Shown here piece by piece: positions 1 through 6,578 of a DNA stretch of 46,365 nucleotides. Made by a program: the position numbers and the translations under genes. This DNA comes from Pseudomonadota bacterium. Lineage in GTDB: Bacteria; Myxococcota_A; Bradymonadia; UBA4248. A model generated the notes under the pieces. It made no database searches, was not told where the DNA came from, and saw only the letters and a program-made list of their open reading frames with translations. Location of the stretch: positions 1 through 46,365 of the forward strand of contig JAFOHE010000247.1 in NCBI GenBank assembly GCA_017421975.1, written 5' to 3'. Within the stretch, counting starts at the first letter, position 1, and every line of letters starts with the position of its first letter.

Positions 1-18
1 AAGCCCTACGGGCTTTTT
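1..18 (+). terminator. Intrinsic terminator of a + strand gene lying upstream of the window
   Basis: AAGCCC-tac-GGGCTT hairpin (1-15) running into a T5 tract (14-18). The stem may be truncated by the window edge. Confidence 0.5.
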
Positions 19-35
19 AATTGATACATCAAACC

Positions 36-77
36 TCATCATGTTTAAAACATACGTAAACAATATAAACATGATGA
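36..77. repeat. 12-bp perfect inverted repeat in an AT-rich spacer
   Basis: TCATCATGTTTA (36-47) and TAAACATGATGA (66-77) are exact reverse complements, separated by 18 nt. Confidence 0.85.
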
Positions 78-161
78 TTAGTTATCAACGAAAACCAAAG
101 AAAACAACTATTTTGGGCATTGCTGTCTGAAAGTTATCGTCACTATTATCGAGAATTCAGG

Positions 162-354
162 TTCTAAGAGCCACCATCCCACATTTGGGAAATCCAATCA
201 ATTTTCTAAGCGTGATCATCCCACATTTGGGAAATCCAATCAATTTTCTAAGAGCCACCATCCCATATTTGGGAAATCCAATCAATTTTCTAAGAGCCAC
301 CATCCCATATTTGGGAAAGCTACTCAATTTTCTAAGCGTGACTATCCCACATTT
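162..354. repeat. Non-coding tandem array, 42-bp unit x 4.6, each unit with a 14-bp near-palindrome
   Basis: Units at 162-203, 204-245, 246-287, 288-329 and a partial unit at 330-354. Unit sequence is TTCTAAG-(AGCCACC or CGTGATC)-ATCCCA(C/T)ATTTGGGAAATCCAATCAATT. Internal dyad is TCCCA-N4-TGGGA. Confidence 0.9.
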
Positions 355-374
355 AAGGTGCGACAGTGCCGCGG

Positions 375-550
375 CGCGTATCAATATAGCGGGGCGTATC
401 GAGCCAGTAGAATCGTGTTATGACACGATTCTCTGGCGAGATAGCCACGCGCAGGCGGGCGTATTTGCCAAAAGGGACGCGTGAAAACGCGTCCCTTTTG
501 GCAAATAGCCCGATAAAAGCGAGCCGTATTGAGCCGCAGGCGAGATAGGC
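375..550 (+). repeat. Four consecutive bulged-G hairpin units (A1-A4)
   Basis: A1 375-391: CGC-G-TAT-caat-ATA-GCG. A2 393-446: GGC-G-TAT-(GCCAG.AGAATCGTGT-tatg-ACACGATTCTCTGGC)-ATA-GCC. A3 456-512: CGGGC-G-TAT-(17-bp perfect stem TTGCCAAAAGGGACGCG, loop tgaaaa)-ATA-GCCCG. A4 523-550: GCC-G-TAT-TGAGCC-gca-GGCGAG-ATA-GGC. Confidence 0.85.
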
Positions 551-568
551 GAGCCCATCCAATGTGTT

Positions 569-598
569 TTACGCAAATGCCTTCGCCTGTGGTATGAT
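569..598 (+). promoter_or_regulatory. Possible sigma70-type promoter for the AAA+ gene
   Basis: TTACGC (569-574), 18-nt spacer, then TATGAT (593-598) preceded by TGG (extended -10-like). By eye only. Confidence 0.3.
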
Positions 599-738
599 GC
601 CAATGGCCAAAGTCGTGCGGTACGGGGGCCAATTTAGACAAATGACGCCTCAAAACGCTACGACATTAAAAAACAGTCATGCAAAGGGATAATTCTCCCG
701 ACGCCGTTTTTAACCGATAAATCTTACAGGGGCGTATT

Positions 739-2160
739 ATGGACGAAACTGAATTTCTCCAACAACTCGCATTACATATCCAGGCCCATTATCCCATGTT
801 ATTTATTGAGACACCTGATGATGACTGGATTGTAGAATCCCTCAAAAGTTACTTCGGGCAGGTGTTTGACGTTGAGACGATCGCGGAGCTCGATCCGGCG
901 CAACTGGAGCTCATGCCCGAAAAGCCGCGGATTTTGCATTGGGTAGGCGCGACGATCGAGGATTGGCGGTTACATGCGCGTGTGCTGTTACGTCATGCGC
1001 ACCGCCTTCGCACAAACGTGCTTCTTATTCTTCAAAATGAATCGTGGGCGGACCTGCCTGATATGATTTCCATCCCGCCTATTTTGCGTGCGCCCCTGCC
1101 TTCCCAAAGGACGCGTGAAAACATAGCGCAACTGGCGCTTGGCGCATCCACGGCAGATCCGATGCTCATTTCGCGCATCACGTTTGCCTCAGCTGGCATG
1201 ACGCGGACGCAGCTCTTTCGCGCCTTATCGAAGGCCCTCGTCTACCGCAGGCAGGACGCGGCTTTCGATGCATGGGAACAGCTCATCGTCGCAGAAAAAA
1301 AGACGCTCATGTCACGCAGTTCGACGCTCGAAATCATCAATGCCACGACGCGTCTCGAAGATGTGGGTGGTTCAGACGAACTGAAGATATGGCTCAAACA
1401 ACGTAACCGCGCCTTTTCCGCCCAAGCCCATGCCTACGGCCTCGAATCACCGCGCGGCCTGCTTCTCGTCGGGATTCAGGGATGTGGCAAATCGCTTCTG
1501 GCCAAATCGATTGCAACAGACTGGCATTTTCCGCTTCTCAGGCTCGACATGAGCAGTATTTTTGCCGGTACGGTTGGCAATCCGGATGCAGCACTGGCGC
1601 GTGCGCTCGATGTCGCTGATGCCATGGCGCCTGCTGTAATATGGTGTGATGAGATCGAAAAATCATTTAACGATCAATCGGATCCGACGACGCGACGACT
1701 TTTGGGACACATTCTGAACTGGCTCCAGGAGCGTCAATCAAAGACATTTTTCGTCGCGACGGCCAACGATGTCCAGGCGCTTCCGCCAGAACTGACGCGT
1801 AAAGGGCGTTTTGACGAAATCTTTTTTATTGATTTGCCGGACGAAAAGGCACGCCGTGAAATTTTTAATATTCACCTTCGTCGTCGCCGACGCGATCCCA
1901 ATCGCTTCGATTGCGAAAAGCTCGCGGCACAGGCCGTCAATTTTTCAGGTGCCGAAATTGAACAGGCCATCATGAGCGCATTGTTTTCAGCGTTTAATCA
2001 GGATCGAGAAATCACGACAGATGACATTATCGACGCCATCCATGACACGACGCCGCTCTACAAACAGCGCGAAGAAGACATAAAACGCCTGCGTGAGTGG
2101 GCCGGCGAACGCACGCGCTCTGCGAGCCAGAACGAACGCATCCTCAGTTTTTTCAACTGA
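739..2160 (+). CDS. Ycf46-like AAA+ ATPase
   Basis: 473-aa ORF with AGGGG 6 nt before the ATG. Walker A GIQGCGKS and Walker B VIWCDEIE are present. Also present: the second region of homology ATANDVQALPPELTRKGRFDEIFFIDLP, and FSGAEIEQ. The layout is an N-domain of about 230 aa plus a single AAA module, as in Ycf46-type proteins (from memory). Confidence 0.85.
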   Translation: MDETEFLQQLALHIQAHYPMLFIETPDDDWIVESLKSYFGQVFDVETIAELDPAQLELMPEKPRILHWVGATIEDWRLHARVLLRHAHRLRTNVLLILQNESWADLPDMISIPPILRAPLPSQRTRENIAQLALGASTADPMLISRITFASAGMTRTQLFRALSKALVYRRQDAAFDAWEQLIVAEKKTLMSRSSTLEIINATTRLEDVGGSDELKIWLKQRNRAFSAQAHAYGLESPRGLLLVGIQGCGKSLLAKSIATDWHFPLLRLDMSSIFAGTVGNPDAALARALDVADAMAPAVIWCDEIEKSFNDQSDPTTRRLLGHILNWLQERQSKTFFVATANDVQALPPELTRKGRFDEIFFIDLPDEKARREIFNIHLRRRRRDPNRFDCEKLAAQAVNFSGAEIEQAIMSALFSAFNQDREITTDDIIDAIHDTTPLYKQREEDIKRLREWAGERTRSASQNERILSFFN

Positions 2161-2169
2161 TGCATGCCG

Positions 2170-4485
2170 TCAGCCGGATGCCATTTTTTCAGCCAGGGGC
2201 TCGAGCTTACGCGTGAGTCTGCGTAAGCTTCGGGACTCCTCGACGCGCAAGATATCGAGTGAGCCCGCAAGATTGAGCGATTCGATTTCATTGAGGCGGC
2301 GACATTTGTCCGCCAAATCGACGTCATCACACATCACGAGAATACGCTTACCATAGGGCGTATTCGAGATCGTGAGCTGAAGCAGTTCGAGCGCCTGCGC
2401 ACGCGTCGATGCACGTGACGAAGCCAACGACTGGTAGACGGCGGCCACGATTTCTGTCTTATGAAGCAACATGAGCCCCTTAAACACGCGCTGTGTTGCC
2501 GCGACATACGCATCGGACAAAGAATCAATGATCCTTATATAATCACTCGGCAGAATCCGGTCTTCGTCATCGGTGCCCTTATCTACGCTTTCAGACGCTC
2601 CGTCCTCACCCAAAGCCGTGCTATTTGAACACTCAGACGCCCCGTCGTCTCCGCAAGAGACGGTGTCTGAACGCTCAGCCGCATCGTCGTCTCCGCAAGA
2701 GACGGTGTCTGAACGCTCAGCTGCATCGTCGTCTCCGCAAGAGACGGTGTCTGAACGCTCAGTCGCATCGTCGTCACCACAAGAGACGGTGTCTGAACGC
2801 TCAGCTGCATCGTCGTCTCCGCAAGAGACGGTGTCTGAACGCTCAGCCGCATCGTCCTGGCGATAGTTTTCCTTTTTCACAGCATCAGCGGCTTTTTGTG
2901 GCGTGTCTTCGAGCGCAGCTTCGAGCGCATTTTTTGCCGTATCAAGCGCCTTGGAAATCGCCAAACGGCAAACGAGCGTCGCCTGTGCGAGGCGTGCGTC
3001 GTGCCTGATTTGCTCGACGATGGTTTTGCGAAGGCTGTCCGAACTTAATGCCTCTTCATCGTGCGATTTCAAAACGGTAAATGCGTCGAGTGCGCCCATA
3101 CGGACGTTTTCGTCGGGATCGACGAGCTGCGCAGGATCGACCTGTGCAACATTCACCACAGCCTCATCTGCCGGCTCAACAGGGACTAGGATGCCTTCTT
3201 TGATCGCACTCGACTGGAGCGACATATACAAATGATTGGCGCAATAGCGGTTCAGATTACGCACGCAATAAAGCGACAAAAGCGCGACGGGAATGATGAG
3301 CAGCGGCAAGTAACGCGGCCCCATCATGCCCGCGAGAATATTGAGTACGACGCCTGCTGTTATGCCACCCAACGGGTTCATCACGCCCTTAAAGATAACT
3401 TTTGCTCTGTTTCTCAATAACCGTGGCAACGGCGAAAGTGCAATCTCACGCGCTGCATCCTGTATGACAAAGCGAAGCGCGACATCCATAAATCGCATCA
3501 ACACGACGCATACGGCGCTGTAAACAAACAGAAAAGGAAACGTGAACACCAAAAGGACGATTGGCGTCACGGCAAAGAGCGTTCGCGTCCTGAATCGCGT
3601 CAAAAAACTCGACAACAGCGTCAGTTGAACGACGAGATTGAAACCGTTCGATATTGCATTAAATTGCCCATAAAAATATGCAATACCATTTTGATCAAAA
3701 TTCGTCTGAAGGTAATCCTTGAGCGAATAGTCGATGATATTTGTCGTCACGGCTGTCAGGAAAAAGACGACAGAGAGGTTGCGAATGAGCGGCGAACGCA
3801 CGACGTCATCGAAGCCATTGATAAACTCGCGAAACATCGATCCCGATTCGTCATGTGGCATCGTCAACATCGTTTTTTCGGAGCGTCTGTTTCGATGCAA
3901 AATGATGACTGGAACCGTCGCTGTCGCAAAGAGCAGGCAATAACTGATGGGCAACGACGAAAATCCGAACCAATCAAGCATCATGGGGATACACGCCCCG
4001 GCCACAATACCGCCAATCGTCGAGAACGCACAGACGATATAGAACAGGCGTCGTCCCTGACGCGCATTAAACGCATCCCCGATGGCATTCCAGGCAATGA
4101 TGTTGCCCAAGGCTGGAGCCGTGATCAAAAAAGTCGCATACGCCTGAATATACCACGTCGCAGACGCCCCGCTAAAAGATTCGAAGATGAGCGTCATCAC
4201 GGCAAAAAGCAGCAGAAAACCCGCATTGAGCCGCGCCGGATGGACTGCTCTCAGAAGCCGATAATAGACGACGGATACCGCCATGAGTGCCAGACTTGAA
4301 TAAATGAAAAAATTGGCGATATTCACCGCCGGCCTGACGGAGAGCAGAATTGCGTCGCTCAATGTTCGACCGAATACAACGGTAGCGATCGACAAAAACG
4401 TCGCCAAAGATGCCATGAGAAGCGGCAAAAATTCGCCCTCACGCAAATTCAAAAAACGAAAAATCCGGCTCAAAGTGGCAATCAA
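2170..4485 (-). CDS. TLC/Npt (ATP:ADP antiporter)-like polytopic transporter with a C-terminal helical (HEAT-like) domain
   Basis: 771-aa ORF. The listed start is TTG with no clear RBS, so the start is uncertain. There are about 11-12 hydrophobic helices in the first ~430 aa. The N-terminus LNLREGEFLPLLMASL...GRTLSDAILL resembles the TLC-family N-terminal signature. The C-terminus is soluble and helical, and the protein carries an internal acidic 14-aa x5 repeat. Confidence 0.7.
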   Translation of the reverse strand: MIATLSRIFRFLNLREGEFLPLLMASLATFLSIATVVFGRTLSDAILLSVRPAVNIANFFIYSSLALMAVSVVYYRLLRAVHPARLNAGFLLLFAVMTLIFESFSGASATWYIQAYATFLITAPALGNIIAWNAIGDAFNARQGRRLFYIVCAFSTIGGIVAGACIPMMLDWFGFSSLPISYCLLFATATVPVIILHRNRRSEKTMLTMPHDESGSMFREFINGFDDVVRSPLIRNLSVVFFLTAVTTNIIDYSLKDYLQTNFDQNGIAYFYGQFNAISNGFNLVVQLTLLSSFLTRFRTRTLFAVTPIVLLVFTFPFLFVYSAVCVVLMRFMDVALRFVIQDAAREIALSPLPRLLRNRAKVIFKGVMNPLGGITAGVVLNILAGMMGPRYLPLLIIPVALLSLYCVRNLNRYCANHLYMSLQSSAIKEGILVPVEPADEAVVNVAQVDPAQLVDPDENVRMGALDAFTVLKSHDEEALSSDSLRKTIVEQIRHDARLAQATLVCRLAISKALDTAKNALEAALEDTPQKAADAVKKENYRQDDAAERSDTVSCGDDDAAERSDTVSCGDDDATERSDTVSCGDDDAAERSDTVSCGDDDAAERSDTVSCGDDGASECSNSTALGEDGASESVDKGTDDEDRILPSDYIRIIDSLSDAYVAATQRVFKGLMLLHKTEIVAAVYQSLASSRASTRAQALELLQLTISNTPYGKRILVMCDDVDLADKCRRLNEIESLNLAGSLDILRVEESRSLRRLTRKLEPLAEKMASG
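2632..2857 (-). repeat. In-frame 42-bp tandem repeat x 5.4 inside the transporter gene
   Basis: Units start at 2632, 2674, 2716, 2758 and 2800, with a partial unit at 2842. Unit is CTCAGCYGCATCGTCGTCTCCGCAAGAGACGGTGTCTGAACG, with 0-5 differences among full units. It encodes (D)DAAERSDTVSCGD repeats. Confidence 0.9.
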
Positions 4486-4562
4486 TCAGACAAGCCTGTT
4501 TTGGAAGTCAATACAACCGCAGTGTATGCTGGATCCTGTTTGCACACACATAAAACAGGCGA

Positions 4563-4588
4563 CAAAAAAGGCGCGAAAACGTCGCGCC
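4563..4588 (-). terminator. Intrinsic terminator downstream of the outer-membrane protein gene
   Basis: The minus strand reads GGCGCG-acgtttt-CGCGCC followed by TTTTTT. Confidence 0.65.
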
Positions 4589-4697
4589 AAGTCGTAAGGC
4601 ACAACGCCCGCGGCCTTATACCTCAAACGGATCATTTTGGAAACACCTACACCTCATGTAAGTTGATGTAAGTGATCATTATCCGTCACTTTTGTGT

Positions 4698-4812
4698 GGG
4701 GGAAGTCTCCCCCTACGCGTCTATTTTCCTGCAGGGACGTTCCCAGGAACGTCCCTGCAGAAAAATACGCCGCTACCCCCTCAGCGGGGGCTTAATGCCC
4801 CCGCAACGCCCC
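4698..4812 (-). repeat. Composite repeat module B (G5A/TC5 hairpin, bulged-G unit B1, C5/G5/C5 block)
   Basis: B0 4698-4713: GGGGGA-agtc-TCCCCC. B1 4717-4773 reads on the minus strand GCGGC-G-TAT-(19-bp stem containing GGGACGTTCC)-ATA-G.CGC. B2 4770-4812: CCGCTACCCCCTCAGCGGGGGCTTAATGCCCCCGCAACGCCCC. A near-identical module lies at 20949-21089. Confidence 0.85.
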
Positions 4813-4834
4813 GTGTGGGACGCATGACGGGCGA

Positions 4835-6463
4835 TTAGAAGCGAGCCTGCGCAAAGATGCTCAGGCCGAGGACGTGGGGATCACGCATGTAGTACTGAGC
4901 CGTGTAATCGACGGTATCTTTACGGCGACCGAGCTGGTTGGGATCATAATTGTAATTGATCTCACCGATGAGGCTCATCATGTCCGAAAGATCCCAGCGG
5001 AGTGCAAGCTGAACGCCATAGATTGCAGCGGGTGTGCGGCCTTCGGGGAAGGCGATAATCGTGCTGGAATCCATGATGGCGACGGTCTGTGTGCCGGAAA
5101 CGAGTTCAGTCGGGTTCGGCGTTTCACTGATGCGGCCCTTATAGGAAGCCGGTTTCTGGATGCTGAACTGGATAGACGGCAAAAGATGCGTCGATTCGAA
5201 CCAATACTCACCCTTGACGGCGAAGAGGATTTCGGGCGAGGAGCTCGCGCCATCGGGAAGGGCATAGTAAGGATCGAGGCCAGGGACGTTAAACAGAATG
5301 AAATAGAGATCGCGATAGACGAGGTCGATGTTGATCGCGAGGTTTCCGACATACATATCGGAGCGGAGGGCACCGGCGAAAGCATCAATGCGTTTTGTCG
5401 AACCGATGTTATCGGAATCGCCGAGGGTCTGGGTCAGCCAGTTACCTTCGATAGAAGCACGCCACGTAAAGTTTTCGTACGTTTTGGGCTTACGAAGGAA
5501 GAAATTCGAAGCCTCGAAAGCGTCATCATTGTTACGATAGAGACGATAATCGATCGATGCTTCAGGCGCGAAGCCTTCGGAGAAAGCGCTCAAGCGTGCG
5601 GACAGACCACCCGAATAGACGGTTTCCCCCTGGATACCCTGTTTCGGGTTGCGACCGGCATCGAAGATACCGCCGTTGACTTCGACGCCCCACATATTGC
5701 CGAGATAACCGAGACCGAAGATGCCGCCCCAGAAGGCGCCGAGTTCGCGGTTCTGGACGTCGTTTTTATCTTTGGTGAGGATAAGCTGACGCGTGGATTT
5801 TGCACCGGCGAGGGCATAGAAGCCGTCCCAATCAAAGCGGAGACGAAGACCAGGCGTTGCGAACTGGGATTTGGACTGCGTATAGATCTTGTTACCGCCC
5901 CACGAAAGGTCATAGGTATAACCGGCGCGGAAACGGTCAGCATTCGTCGGGAAGAAGGTGAATTCAAGCTGACGCGCGGAATCGAGGACATGCCCCGTTT
6001 TTTCGTCTTTCTGAATATCCGTAAAAGAATAACGCGCACGAATATAGGAACCATCGTCACGAAGCCGGATATCACCCGCACTGAAGCCCGTTTCCGGTTC
6101 CGTCAAGACGCCGAGACGTGCGACAAACGCAGCATCAGTCGTCAGATTGTCGATAAAGCCTGGCATCTCTTTATACAGAACGAGGTGCGTCAAAGTCTCA
6201 TCGCCGCTATCTGAGCTGTTGAGTGATTCAAAGGGGAAGAAAAGGCCGTCGCGTGCGCCGAAGTCGATCTCAGGGCTGTTGATCAGAGTATCACCAGGAT
6301 CAGACAGAAGGTTATCATCACCGAAGACAAAGCTGATTCGCGTATCGACGAAATCACCGGCAAACGCCGCCGGAGCAAGAAGAACGGATGCTGCTGCCGT
6401 GGCGATTGCTGTACTGACACCTTTACGGCAATGGTTAAAAAGCGCGTTGAATTTCGATTGCAT
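4835..6463 (-). CDS. Outer-membrane beta-barrel protein, family not recognised
   Basis: 542-aa ORF with an AGGAGA RBS. The signal peptide ends AFA-GD. The sequence shows an alternating amphipathic strand pattern, and the C-terminus ends ...FAQARF (terminal aromatic residue). Confidence 0.8.
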   Translation of the reverse strand: MQSKFNALFNHCRKGVSTAIATAAASVLLAPAAFAGDFVDTRISFVFGDDNLLSDPGDTLINSPEIDFGARDGLFFPFESLNSSDSGDETLTHLVLYKEMPGFIDNLTTDAAFVARLGVLTEPETGFSAGDIRLRDDGSYIRARYSFTDIQKDEKTGHVLDSARQLEFTFFPTNADRFRAGYTYDLSWGGNKIYTQSKSQFATPGLRLRFDWDGFYALAGAKSTRQLILTKDKNDVQNRELGAFWGGIFGLGYLGNMWGVEVNGGIFDAGRNPKQGIQGETVYSGGLSARLSAFSEGFAPEASIDYRLYRNNDDAFEASNFFLRKPKTYENFTWRASIEGNWLTQTLGDSDNIGSTKRIDAFAGALRSDMYVGNLAINIDLVYRDLYFILFNVPGLDPYYALPDGASSSPEILFAVKGEYWFESTHLLPSIQFSIQKPASYKGRISETPNPTELVSGTQTVAIMDSSTIIAFPEGRTPAAIYGVQLALRWDLSDMMSLIGEINYNYDPNQLGRRKDTVDYTAQYYMRDPHVLGLSIFAQARF

Positions 6464-6578
6464 AAATGCATCTCCTATTTTTAATGGGTAAGACCCGAAA
6501 ATTTAGAACAACCTAAAAGAGTAAACCTTTGTTCGGCATTGCCAGAACACCGATTCCCAAACGGGAACACACCTCGAA

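Noticed and set aside
21-160. Chromosomal oriC with DnaA boxes.
   Set aside because: Only weak TTATC-containing strings are present (for example TTATCAACG), each with two or more mismatches to TTATCCACA. No dnaA or dnaN gene is nearby in the window.
162-354. The 42-bp array considered as a CRISPR array.
   Set aside because: There are no unique spacers. Units are contiguous, with only a 7-bp block alternating between two variants, and there are no cas genes.
157-484. ORFs crossing the 42-bp array (157-384 on the minus strand, 185-484 on the plus strand) that encode 14-aa repeat peptides.
   Set aside because: They only translate the tandem DNA repeat and have no RBS. They continue into the hairpin elements. 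The repeat has the properties of a protein-binding DNA array.
2573-3008. + strand ORFs (97 and 127 aa) across the 42-bp coding repeat of the transporter gene.
   Set aside because: They are repeat-driven antisense translations (SSSPQETVSERSAA repeats) inside a gene whose membrane-domain reading frame is continuous on the minus strand.
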